Source: Squalus acanthias
Lineage: Eukaryota
Length of the DNA: 64,000 nucleotides
NCBI GenBank assembly: GCA_030390025.1
Contig: CM059453.1
Coordinates: forward strand, 7,502,001-7,566,000
Direction: 5' to 3'
The notes beneath the pieces are model-generated. The model searched no databases. It saw nothing but the letters and a program-made list of their open reading frames with translations, and was not told the DNA's origin. Below are positions 12,085 through 24,204 of this stretch, piece by piece. Both the position numbers and the translations under genes were made by a program. Position 1 is the first letter of the stretch; each line of letters opens with the position of its first letter.

Positions 12085-12720
12085 ATGGAATCACACAGCA
12101 CAGAAGAGGCCATTCAGGCCACCGTGTCAGTGTTGGATCATGGAAAGATCTAACCAAGTCTTCATGTGAGCCCTGCTCTTTCCCCATCGCCCCTGAAAAT
12201 GTTCCCCTTTTCAAGTATGTATCCAAGTCACCTTTGAAAGTTACAATTCAGTCTGCCTCTACCATTCTTGCAGGCAATACATTCCAGATCATACGAACTC
12301 GCAGCGTGAAAAAAGTCTCCCTCTCGTTATTTTGCCAATCAGCTTAAAATTGAGTCCTCTGGTAACCGACACTCCTGCCAGCGGAAACAGTTTCTCCGAT
12401 TTACTCCATCAAAAACATTCATAACTTTGAAATCCTCTTTTAAATCTCCCCAAACCTTTTCTGTTCTAAGAACATCAATCGCCGCTTCTCCAGTCTCTCC
12501 GCATAATTGAAGACCCGTAACCCTGGCAGGATTCTAGTAAATCTCCTCTGCAAATTCTGTATGTCTTGACATCTTTCCTAATGCGTGTACTTGACACAAT
12601 GCTCCAGCTGAGATCAAACCAGTGATTTTTACAGGTTTAGCGTAACTGCCTTGATTTTGTACTCGATGAATTTATTATAAATCTATGAGTCCCGAATGCA
12701 TTTAAACAGCCTCAGCAACT
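12085..12720 (-). mobile_element. Degenerate CR1 3' fragment
   Basis: acagcacagaagaggccattcaggcc tail followed by antisense RT C-terminal sequence similar to other copies in the window. Confidence 0.7.
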
Positions 12721-12917
12721 TCCTCTGATATAAATTTGGAAGATATTTATTTCTAGCATCAAGACCTCACAACGCATATCTCATGAATGAGCGCCATTAG
12801 AAAAGTTACCAGAGATTATATAGTTAGCTGTGCTCTGGTGCAGACAGCGCACTCCCATCGTGTTCAACTTTAAATCTGCAATAGCTCCATATCTAACACG
12901 AATTTCTTCCATTACAG

Positions 12918-13617
12918 AGGGACGATTACGTGAGCCCCGCAATCGATGCAACCAGCTCAGAATGAAGAGATTTTGTCCGTGACTGTCAATGTCTCACACA
13001 TCCGCAATCATGAACCATATAGCCCAAATGAGGAGACTTGCGAATATGCACCAATTAAACATAAGAAATAGGAGCGGGAGTAGGCCAATCGGCCCCTCGA
13101 GCCTGCTCCACCAATCAATAAGATCATGGCTGCTCTGATCTTGGCGTCAACTTCACTTTCCTGCCTGTTCCCCATAACCCTTGACTCCCCTATAGCTCAA
13201 ATATCTGTTTATCTCTGCCTTGAATATATTGAATGACTCAGCCTCCACAGTTCTCTGGGGCAGAGTATTCCAAAGATTCAGCACATTCTGAGAGAATAAA
13301 TTCCTCCAAAAAGCCACCTTAAATGGGCGACGCCTTATCCTGAATCTATGCCCCCTAGTTGTAGATTCCCCCGCGAGGGGAAACATCCTCTCAGCATCAA
13401 CCCTGTCAAACCCCCTCAGAATCTTAGATGTTTCATTAAGATCACCTCTCATTCTTCGAAACTCCAATGAGTATAGGCCCAACCTGCTCAATCTTTCCTC
13501 ATAAGACAATCCCTTCATCCCAGGAATCAACCTAGTGAACCATCTCTGAACTTCCTCCAATGTAAGTATATCCCTCCTGAAATAAGGAGACCAAAACTGT
13601 ACGCAGTACTCCAGTAC
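12918..13617 (+). pseudogene. Copy A cytoplasmic exon 2, frameshifted and split by a CR1 insertion
   Basis: attacag|AGG GAC GAT TAC... reaches TGA at 12963-12965. The +1 frame reads QNEEILSVTVNVSHIRNHEPYSPNEETCEYAPIK, then CR1, then TAC|gtaagt (13615-13623). Paralogous to exon 21238-21411. Confidence 0.72.
13060..13614 (-). mobile_element. 5'-truncated CR1
   Basis: ORF 13153-13560 (VQRWFTRLIPGMKGLSYEERL...) plus cataagaaataggagc tail. Confidence 0.92.
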
Positions 13618-15814
13618 GTAAGTGAAAGTTAACTGTTAGCGCGGATGGTCTTGAAACTGACAATGCCTGAACACACCTGATGTTATGAAGTAAAACAGAC
13701 TCCATTACAATACAATGAGGACTATGAGAATGGAGATCTTTCAGAAAATAAGTGGATTTTTTTGATTTATATTCACAATTTCGTTGTACCTGAAATAAAG
13801 TAGGGAGTGTGAATTTTTTGTCAATGTAATTGTTCAACATTTTACTCTATTCTGTGAAAATTACTATTTTACAAACTATTTCTAACATCGTCTTTGTCTG
13901 TTAATCTGCTGAATTGCATTGGCCCACAGTATGAACCCTTAAAACCGTGTAGCAGGTGTCAAAACAATTACAATTAAACATCCAGAAAATACACTTTATT
14001 TGCTACTGCGCCTGAAAATCAGGTGCGAATTTCAAGTGAAGCATGAATATGGGCGTAGATGGGTTCTGGCGAGAGTTCCAGATAATTGTCAATACTCATT
14101 CATCTGGACGTATTTGATTTGTGCCCCGATTGTGAACCTGAACAATTATTCCCAGGGCATTTCAGTCAGTTTTCCGCTCACCTAGCACAACACTCAAGTT
14201 CCTACTTGTTTCCCCTAGTTATATCAGCACAATTCAGGCAAATTGGCCGAATCAGAGCTAAAGAATTTTAAACGTAAGTGAGCTAGGTCCACGACCACTT
14301 ATGCTCAATTTTTTCCTTCATCTTGTACGCAGTTTCAAGTTTTAATTTTACCCAATCAGGTTCCGCCGACAAAGCTGGCCTTGCACCCAGGAAGTAATTG
14401 CAAGATTGCGCTGATTCTGAAAGGCTCATACAGTTGCGCTCATTTTCTTAGGTGCAAAGTCAGGAGTAGTCATATTTATTTTCCTCATATCAAAACAAAG
14501 TGAATTTCTAAGTCAGAGACTGCTGTACACCAATTGAACTATTAAATGTTTCAGTATCATACTTTTCGTCATTTTCTGTTATTTTAAATCAGTTTACTCA
14601 CAGGTGAAGGACTGGTCACCCTTAAGAAATAAGTTTTTTGCTGATTAATCCATTTAAAGCTATATGAATAAAACTGCACCAGGATACATTCTTAGAAGGA
14701 ATACATTTTAATGGTAAAAACGATACAATTCCATTCTGTTACGATGCCCGATTATACTGGTTCATGCACGATCTTACGTTTGTGATCTGCAAACGAATTT
14801 TAACGGAAATCTGAAGCCTAACGAAACCAGCGCAATTTCAAGCGCAACATTTCCTCTTTTGGGCGAAATCTGCGAATTGCAACCGAATACTTGAAATTGT
14901 TCCGATTAAGTTTGGTATTTCTATATTTCAATGGTAAATGCACATCTCCACCTATAAACCAGAAGTACTTTATGGAAATGTGACTCACTAATTATAACGT
15001 GCTTCGATTGGTGGAGCTGCATTGCTTCAACTTCCGGGAGGGTGTAATTACAGTTTGATCAGTTCACACAGACAGGTCCCTTTAGAAATAAGGGCACAGG
15101 AACTTACGATGGTGCATGTTTCAAATATTTTATTATTCGATCTCCCCTGTCACACCTCTCATGGCAGGTCAGAGAGTGTGGTCTCTCTTAACTCTCTCTG
15201 CGAACTTCTGGTTGCCAATTTGCACCCTCTATCGCCTCTTCCGCTTTGCTCTCCCTCTCTCGTTCAAACGTTCTCTGCTCTCTTTTGCTATTCCCCTATT
15301 AACTTTTTTTCACTTCCATTTCGCCCCCTTCCGATTCTCTATATTGTGGAATAATTTGTTTATTATTAATAGACATCCAAATATGTGGTTTTAAATCGCC
15401 TGGGCAACCGGAAACTCCAAATTTCACCCCGAGCTCAAGTTGAAAATCTACAACGATGCCTTTTAAACGTGCTGTTTAGAATTCCTACTCTTTATTTGAA
15501 CACAGTGACATTTGAAAACTAGTTTGTCGTTCGTACTGATTATCAGAGTGTCACTTCAAGTTGTGTATGTGTGTTCGAATGACACAAAATGTCATTTGAA
15601 GGCTAGTTTAGCACTCGCAAGTTATTATTACCCTAACAGTGTTACTCTGAGGCTAGTAAATTATTCATGCACAACTATCACCACAGTGCCATTTCAGAAT
15701 CAATCCTGTATTTGTACATCATTATCATACAATACAATATCATTTCACTGCTGGTAATGTTCCATTTCATATCATGCACTTATAACTCGGGGAACTAAAA
15801 GATGAACTCGGTCT

Positions 15815-17872
15815 AAGAACATAAGAACATAAGAAATAGGAGCAGGAGTAGACCAATCGGCCCCTCGAGCCTGCTCCGCCATTCAATGAGTTCATGGCTG
15901 ATCTGATCCAACCTCAACTCTAAAGAACACAACAAGCAGGAGTAGGACCAGGCCACTCGGCTCCGCCACCCACAGGGCCTTGACCGATTCGAACTCAATC
16001 TCATGTCCAATTTCCAGCCCGCTCCCCGTAACCCCTGATTCCCTTTACTTCTAGGAAACGGTCTATTTCTGTTTTAAATTTATTTAATGAAGTAGCTTCC
16101 ACAGCTTCCTGGGGTAGCAAATTCCAGAGACCCACTACCCTCTGAGTGAAAAAGTTTCTCCTCATCTCAGTTTTGAAAGAGGAGCCCCTTATTCTAAGAT
16201 TATGTCCCCTAGTTCTAGTGTCACCCATCATTGGGAACATCCTCAACGCGTCCACCCGATCAAGCCCCTTCACAATCTTATATGTTTCAATAAGATCGCC
16301 TCTCATTCTTCTGAACTCCAATGAGTAGAGTCCCAATCTACTCAACCTCTCCTCGTATGTCCACCCCCTCATCCCCGGAATTAACCGAGTGAACCTTCTT
16401 TGTACTGCCTTGAGAGCAAGTATGTCTTTTCTTAAGTATGGACACCAAAACTGGATGCAGTACTCCAGGTGCGGTCTCACCAATACCCTATACAACTGCA
16501 GCAATACCTCCCTGTTTTTATATTCTATCCCCCTAGCAATAAAAGCCAACATTCCATTGACTTTCTTGATCACCTGCTGCACCTGCATACTAACTTTTTG
16601 ATTTTCTTGCACCAATACCCCCAGATCCCTTTGTACTGCAGTACTTTCCAGTTTCTCGCCATTAAGATAATAACTTGCTCTCTGATTTTTCCTGCTAAAG
16701 TGCATAACCTCACATTTTCCAATATGGTATTGCATCTGCCAAATCTCTGCCCACTCTCCCAGCCTGTCTATAACCCCTTGTAGGTTTTTTATGTTCTCCT
16801 CACTCTCTACTTTCCCTCCCATCTTTGTATCATCTGCAAACTTTGATATGTTACACTCGGTCCCCTCCTCCAAATCGTTAATATAGATTTTAAAGAGTTC
16901 GGGACCCAGCAGCGACCCCTGCGGAACACCACTGGCTACTGGTTGCCAGTCTGAGAATGAAACATTTATCCCAACTCTCTGCTTCCTGTTAGATAACCAA
17001 TCCTCCACCCATGCCAGAATATTACCCCCAATCCAGTGATTTTTTATCTTGAGTAATAATCTTTTATGTGGCACCTTGTCGAATGCCTTCTGGAAGTCTA
17101 AATACAATACATCCACTGGTTCCCCTTTATCCACCCTGTACGTTATGTCCTCAAAGAACTCGAGCAAATTTGTCAGACATGACTTCCCCTTCATAAAGTC
17201 ATGCTGACTTTGTCCTATTAAATTATGTTTATCTAAATGTTCTGTTACTGTCTCCTTAATAATAGACTCCGAAATTTTACCCACCACAGATGGCTTACTG
17301 GTCTATAATTTCCAGCCTTCTGCCTACAACCCTTTTTAAGTAAGGGTGTTACATTTGCAGTTTTCCAATCTGCCGGGACCTTTGCTGAGTTCAGGGAGTT
17401 TTTGAAAATTATTACCAAAGCAACCACAATTCCTAATGCCTCTTCCCTCAAGACCCGAGGATGTAAGCCATCAGGTCCAGGGGATTTATTCGCCTTGAGT
17501 CCCATTATTTTACTGAGTACCAATTCCTTAGTAATTTTAATCTTATTTAGCTCCTCCCCCACTAGAGCCCCCTGTTTGTCCAGTGTTGGGATATTCTTAG
17601 TGTCCTCTACAGTAAAAACTGAAACAAAATATTTGTTCAGCATTTTTGCCATCTCCATGTTTCCCACCATTAATTTCCCGGTCTCATCCTCTACAGGACC
17701 TACGTTTGCCTTAACCACCCTTTTTCTTTTTATATAACTATAGAAACTCTTGCTATCTGTTTTTATATTTTTTGCTAATTTATTTTCATAGTCTATTTTC
17801 CATTCCTTAATCAATCCTTTAGTTACTTTTTGTTGTCTTTTGACGACTTCCCAATCTTCTATCCTCCCACTA
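15815..17872 (-). mobile_element. 5'-truncated CR1 with nearly intact RT
   Basis: 428-aa ORF 16001-17287 (LDFQKAFDKV, GVPQGS, KFADD); upstream ORF2 part 17245-17814; (taagaaca)n tail. Confidence 0.95.
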
Positions 17873-18079
17873 ACTGGGATGCACTGGGTGCTGTGTGCAT
17901 TGGCACCAGCAATGGTTCCTGAAGATTATCTCCAACTTGTATTCCCAGTGAAATCGAAATGAGTTGAACTTTAGACAATATTCCAGCCAAAACCATTCGC
18001 TAATGGATCCAATATAACAAATGCATTGTTTATAGAAAGTCAAAAGGACAGCGAAGTGTAGGTCATGGACTGAAATCTA

Positions 18080-19882
18080 ACGAAGAGATTTGAATGGCTC
18101 ATGTCTAAATTAACAGATACCCAACAATGACTTCGCGATTGGATTCTGATCTATTGTTTTGGGTGGTTTATATGTAAAATCACGGATACCCGGAAGTGAG
18201 TAACAGGCTGGAATCTAATCGAGGGGTTCGGGGTTTATATATAGAATAACAGATACCCAAGAATGAGTTACAGGCTGGAATCGAATCGAGGTGTTCGGGG
18301 GCTTATATATAGAATAACAGATACGCGAGAATGAGTTACAGGCTGGAATCGAATCGAGGTGTTACTGGGTTTAATATATAGAATAACAGATACCCGGGGG
18401 TGAGTTACAGTCTGGAATCTAATCGAGGGGTTCGGGGTGGTTTATATATAGAATAACAGGTATCCAGGAGTGAATTACAGGCTGGAACCTAATCGAACGG
18501 TTAGAGGGTTTATATGTAGAATAAAAGATACCTGGGAGTGAGTTACAGGCTGGACACTAATCGAGGGGTTCGGGTGGTTTATATATAGATTAACAGATAC
18601 CCAGGAGTGAATTAAAGGCTAGAATCTAATCGAGGGGTTCGGGGGTTTTATGTAGAATAAAATATACCTGGGAGTGAGTTACAGGCTGGAATCGAATCGA
18701 GGTGTCATGGGGTTTATATATAGAATAACAGATACCCGGGAGTGACTTACAGGCTGGAATCTAATCGAACGGATCGAGGGTTTATATGTAGAATTAAGGA
18801 TACCTGGGAGTGAGTTACAGGCTGGACTCTAATCGGGGGGTTCGGGTGGTTTATATATAGAATAACAGATACCCGGGGGAGAGTAACAGGCTGGACTCTA
18901 ATCGAGGAGTTCGGGGGGTTTATATATAGAATAACGGATATCCGGGAGTGAGTTGCAGAATCGATTCTAATCGAGTTGTTCGGGGTGATTAAAAATAGAA
19001 TAACAGATAACTGGGAGTGATTTACAGGCTGGAATCTAATCGAGTGGTTCGGGGGGATTATATATAGTTTTACAGATACCCGGAGTGAGTTGCAGACTGT
19101 AATCTAATCGAGAGCTTCGTGGTGTTAATATATAGAATAACGGAAACCCGCGATTGAGTTGCAGGCTGGAGTTTTATCGAGGGGATCGGGAGTTTATATA
19201 TAGAATAACATATACCCGGGAGTGAGTTACAGACTGGAATCTAATCGAGGGGTGCAGGGGTTTATATATAGAATAACAGATACCCGGGAGTGAGTTACAG
19301 GCTGGAATCTAATCGAGGTGTTCGGGGGGTTTATATCTAGAATAACAGATACCCGGGTGTGAGTTACGAGCTGGAATCTAATCCAGCGGTTCGCGCGGAG
19401 AAGGAAGTTGTTTATATATAGAATAACAGATACCCGGGAGTGAGTTACAGGCTGGAATCTAATTGAGGGGTTCGTGTGGTTAAATATATAGAATAACAGA
19501 CACCCAGGAGTAAGTTACAGACTGGAATCTAATCGAGGGGTTCGGGTGGTTTATATATAGAATTAGAGATACTCGGGAGTGAGTTACAGGCTGGAATCTA
19601 ATCGAGGGGTTTGGGGGTTTTATATGTAGAATAACAGACTCCCGGGAGTGAGGCACAGGCTGGAATCTAATCGAAGGGTTCGGGGGGTTTATATATAGAA
19701 TAACAGATAGCAGGGTGTGAGTTACAGGCTGGAATGTATTTCGAGGGGTTCGGGCGTTTATATATAGAATAACAGATACCTGGGACTGAGTTACAGGATG
19801 GAATCTAATCAAGAGATGCAGGTGGTTTATATATAGAGTAACAGATACCCGGGAGACAGACACAGGCTGGAATCTAATCGAA
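18080..19882. repeat. ~68-69-bp minisatellite, about 25-26 copies
   Basis: Unit gagtgagttacaggctggaatctaatcgaggggttcgggtggtttatatatagaataacagatacccgg. Confidence 0.95.
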
Positions 19883-20356
19883 GTGCCCAGTGGAATGGAA
19901 TGAAATAGCCACTGTTCCAATTCGTGATCACTGCCGAGTGACCCCTTCCCACCTGTTCACCGGGCCCGTATCTTGGCTGCGTAAGCCCAGGAATGGCACA
20001 CTGTGAGCAGGGAGCCCACAGGCAACCAGTGAGCTTACGTTAACAATGTCCACTGCATCCCAGAGAACAATTGAAAGCCCTATCACCGTGCGCTAGCCAG
20101 ATTAGAAATTCATCGCGGGCGATAGCGTAAAACTGTTGGTATCGCATCGCAGCGACTGAAATATTAAGAGGGGCCAATGACAGGCGGCTGTTCCGTTTTG
20201 CTCTTCTGTACAAGACAAATCCTACTCCAAAGTGTTCTGAAACGGAAGTTTACATTTAGATGGGACAAGAACATTCAGTTTACTGGTAAATAAAAACACT
20301 CTATTTTATCCCGTGTGCTGACAGTGTGTCCCGGGACTAAAATCAGTGGATCCACC

Positions 20357-20372
20357 GCGCCACCTACTGGCC
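20357..20372 (-). promoter_or_regulatory. Candidate CTCF site
   Basis: The minus strand reads GGCCAGTAGGTGGCGC, a close match to the CTCF core CCASYAGRKGGCRS. Confidence 0.55.
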
Positions 20373-20539
20373 GTGGCCAGAAACGACTCCTTCGTCAGAA
20401 CTCGCCCTCGTAACTATATTTACATTTCGCTAGCACACAGATTGAAAGGCATGGGAGACCAAAGTGAGTCTCCCTCTCACGTATTGTTTGCCAGCAATGA
20501 TTCTGTTTAAATCGAAGCAGAAATCATTCTTGTTATCGC

Positions 20540-21228
20540 CGTACCACTTGTTCTGTGTGTATCTATAACACGTGTTCTGTGTGTATCTTTACCAAGTGCT
20601 CTTTGTGTATCTGTAACACGTGCTCTTTGTGTATCTGTACCACGTGTTCTTTGTGTATCTGTAACATGTTTTCTTTGTGCAGCTGTACCACGTGTTCTTT
20701 GTTTATCTGTACGTCTTGTTCTGTTTTTATCCGCACCACGTGTTCTTTGTGTATCTGTACCACGTGTTATTTGTGTATCTGTACCAAGTGTTCTTTGTGT
20801 ATCTGCACCACGTGTTCTTTTTAAACATTCACCACGTGTTATGTGTGTATCTGAACCACGTGTTCTTTGTGTATCAGGAGCACGTATTCTGTGTGTATCT
20901 GTACCACGTGTTATTTGTGTATCTGTACTACGTGTTATTTTTGTATCAGTGTCACGTGTTCTTTGTGTATCTGTACGACGTGTTCTTAGTATATCGGTAA
21001 CCCGTGTTCTTTGTGCATCAGTACCACGTGTTCTTTGTATATCTGTTCTACGTGTTCTTTGTGTAACTGTACCACGTGATTTTTGTGTATCTGCAACACG
21101 TGTTCTCTGTGTATCTGTACCAGGTGTTAATTGTGTGTCTGTACCACGTGTTCTTTGTGTATCGGTCTCACGTGTTCTCTGTGTATCTGTACCACGTGTT
21201 AGTTGTTTATCTGTACCACGTGTTCTTT
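20540..21228. repeat. 24-bp minisatellite, about 28 copies, most with CACGTG
   Basis: Unit tgtgtatctgtaccacgtgttctt; the array ends at the acceptor of the last exon. Confidence 0.95.
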
Positions 21229-21237
21229 CTGTTGCAG

Positions 21238-21411
21238 AGGGAACATTATGAGAATGAACCCGACAATGAAGTTCGAAAAGTGATATCCAACTTGACGAAG
21301 CAGAACGAAGACATTAATTCCGCCACTCTGCACGTTTCAACTCTTCCTCAAGGGCACGGATATGTTCATTGCAAAGAAATGAGCGAATATGCAGATATGA
21401 AATTTACCTGA
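21238..21411 (+). CDS. Copy A terminal cytoplasmic exon with Siglec-type tail
   Basis: ctttctgttgcag|AGG, phase 0. REHYENE...QNEDINSATL...EMSEYADMKFT*, resembling the C-terminal EYxxI/V motif of MAG and CD33. Confidence 0.85.
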   Translation, partial: REHYENEPDNEVRKVISNLTKQNEDINSATLHVSTLPQGHGYVHCKEMSEYADMKFT

Positions 21412-21478
21412 AAAATACCAGAACTTGCACAGGCCGCATTTTCTGAATCCCAAAATGTCACTTTCTTGCTCTAAACGC

Positions 21479-21484
21479 AATAAA
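21479..21484 (+). terminator. Candidate polyadenylation signal of copy A
   Basis: AATAAA about 70 bp after the stop codon. Confidence 0.5.
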
Positions 21485-23089
21485 TCTTAAAACAACAGGA
21501 AAGAAGCTGCATTTTTACTATCATTGGAAACGCTCGCTGCTCATGTTTGCAGAATTTGCCCCAATATTCTCCTGTTCTAACTTGAACGCTTGACTGGAGT
21601 CAGGTTCCTCCACTCCCTCACTCAATCTGCTATTTTGCGAAAGGCCAATTAGCCTCGAGTCTGATCCTGTCCTCTCTGGATGCTCATATGGACACTTGCA
21701 GGGGCCACTGAACAAGGATAGGAACTATTGATGTCTTTCCGTTCCCTAACCCGGCGAACCGAGACAAGTTGGATTGCCTCGGCCAAGATTGATCAATGAG
21801 CGACTCTATTACTTTGCTCAGCTTCGTTGATTAACTTATTTGTTTGAAGCTGAGAGCGATAGTGCAATGAAGAGCACTACCACCCCGTGTAACCTAAAGC
21901 TGATTTATTACCTAAGGAGGAAGCGTACGCGAAGGAGAGAATGAGAAGGATTGGCACGCCGTGCACTCTGGGCTCCTGATGCTTCATCTCCGGGTGTCCA
22001 ACCGAATGATCGCGTCTAAGGAAAAGCTTACAGACATGTCACAGCCTTCCCATGTGATTCGATATCTTAAAACTCGTCTCGGCTCTGTACCAAAATGTAT
22101 TGCGTTAGACATGGAGCTACTGCCCGGGTGGGAGTGCACTTTCTGTAACAGCATAATCATCTTCATCCAATCTCTGATATCTTTACAATATTTTTCAGCT
22201 TTGGAATACACGACCGTAGGAAAAGATGATAAGGAAAAATCCAACTGGTCCATCGCGCCTGTCGCAAAAAGTCATGACCCATCATTGCTTTAGACTGCAG
22301 CATCCCCTCGCACCACCATGAAATCTCCTGGGAGCGATCTCAAAAGATTTAGCAAAAAAAATCTGGAAAATTCCTTTCCGACCCCGTCAGTGAACAAAAC
22401 GAGTGCCAGGAGATAACATTATCCATGAGGTACATTTCCCAACATCCCAAATTTCTCTTTGGGTAGATTGATAATAGCCACAGGAGGGAGCACTTCCATG
22501 TCCTGTTTGAACTGTTGCAGCCAATTTTCACACTTCACACGAGTTGCCAAGTTATTGCAAGTGCTGATGACTCTCTGGGTAAAGAAAACCTCCCGATATC
22601 TAACCTAGTTGTGTGTTTATATAGCATGACCGTTCTTTTCTTCATACCTATCTAATTCAAATAGTTTGTCGACACAACCACGGACTCGTTCCTTCGTAAT
22701 TTTAATAACTTCGATTAAATTGCTTCAAGTCTGCACTTTTCTCGAATTAAAGGAGTCAGCTCCTAAGAGTATGGACTGCTAAACTTCGGATCTTTCTAAT
22801 AGCCCTCCTCTGAACCTCCTTCCAGAGCCTCTATATCAACCACCATTTGAGGGGATCAAAACTGGACACAAATTTGCATATGAGGCCTAACTAATGTCTT
22901 CCACAAAGATCCAAAGCTATATTTTTATTTTGCTCTGGACCGCCCTTGCTATATAACCGAGTACTCAAATTCCCTTTGCAATCGCCTTTTGGCACTGGTC
23001 CTGCACGTTAAAAGACTTCTGTACTACAAGTGTTAACTCAAGAGCTTGTAAATATCCTCGCTGCATACTCGAATCAGTTCGCTTGCTAT

Positions 23090-23410
23090 CTGATAACCGA
23101 GGCCATATCTGCCCGCTCAGGTGAATTTAAAAATCCCCCGGACACTAGGTCAAAGAAGAGCAGGGGAGTCCTGGTGTCCTCGGCCAATACTTATTCCTGA
23201 ACCAAAATCGCTAATAAAAAAGGTGATTTGGTGATTCTTTCATTGCTGTTTGTGGCATCTTGCTGTGCGCAAATTGGCAGCCTAGTTTCCTACATTAAAG
23301 CAGTGACAGCATTTCAAAGAGTACTTTATTGTGTATGACGCGCTTTGAGACGCTAAAAGCATGTGAGTACTTTCTTTCTTTCCTTCTTTCTATCTTTCTT
23401 TCTTTCTTTC
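23090..23410 (+). mobile_element. Deu-type SINE fragment with (TTTC)n tail
   Basis: gaagagcaggggagtcctggtgtcc...cattgctgtttgtggcatcttgctgtgcgcaaattgg; same family as 24205, 37110 and 42330. Confidence 0.75.
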
Positions 23411-23816
23411 GTTCTGATATGGGGACCTGTGGGCGATTTCACCCAAGAAACCCCTCCAATGCTTAGACCATGTCCGTCTACCATCTCTTCAAAAGTACGG
23501 ACTGTAACCGATTTTTCTACTTCAATTAAGGATTGAATTTTGACCCACCGGTCTGTACGGTTCAATACAACATCTACAGTTGCACTTACAAACTGAAAAA
23601 TGGAGGGAGCTTCTGTAACTTACAAAAATTGCCAGCGCGCTATATCTGTACATGGCGAAACATAACAGACATTTGGAAATTTTTCAATGCTCCAGCCCTA
23701 ACCTGTAGCCTGTGAAGTAGGTCAAGTGTAACATGATATATTTGCATCTTAGGTTTCATTGGCACTGAGGAGATGGAATATAAATTAAAAAATAAACACC
23801 TTAAAAATAAACTTAC

Positions 23817-24186
23817 TTGAAATCGAAAGAGTGACCTGAGACATGGGCGAGTCTTGTTCTGCAGGATTCTTGGCGGTGGTGATCTTCAGTGTGATGTAAT
23901 AGTCACCTTCTTCGCTCTTCCTGATGTCCATTATCCGGAAGGAACATTGTTTCTTTGTGAATGCGCCGGTGAATTCAATTCGCCCTTTATATTTAAATTG
24001 CATCCCTGGAATTCTAGAAAAAAAATGACCCTTCGGGTATCTGAATCAGAACACCCTTTAAGAACTTAAACCGTGGATTACTGCAACTGAGGGGATGGTC
24101 AAATGTACACGGGACCTCTGCGCATGAACCGCTCACTGCCGACACAATCCATGACACCCTCACAGACCATCCTGAAGTACGGTCAA
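23817..24186 (-). pseudogene. Inverted Siglec-like V-set pseudo-exon
   Basis: ctctttcag| ... |gtaagt on minus, 370 bp (out of phase). GWSVRVSWIVSAVSGSCAEVPCTFD, then a frameshift, then YKGRIEFTGAFTKKQCSFRIMDIRKSEEGDYYITLKI...VTLSIS. Confidence 0.88.
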
Positions 24187-24204
24187 CTGAAAGAGGAATA
24201 TAAA

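Larger units (their letters stand above)
1744..21411 (+). pseudogene. Siglec/MAG-like Ig receptor, copy A (leader and V exons upstream of window); probable pseudogene or exon-skipping gene
   Basis: Phase-compatible GT-AG exons C2, C2, C2, TM and cytoplasmic 1-3. Two in-frame stops in the second C2 exon; one tail exon is frameshifted and interrupted by CR1. Confidence 0.8.

Noticed and set aside
19480-19920. 146-aa repetitive ORF
   Set aside because: Translation of the 69-bp minisatellite.
20555-21237. Cys-rich and hydrophobic repeat ORFs resembling metallothionein or keratin-associated proteins
   Set aside because: All are frames of the 24-bp minisatellite; only 21238-21411 behaves as an exon.
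23640-23765. Acceptor-like site 52 nt after the inverted V donor
   Set aside because: Downstream translation lacks Ig Cys/Trp and the intron would be very short.
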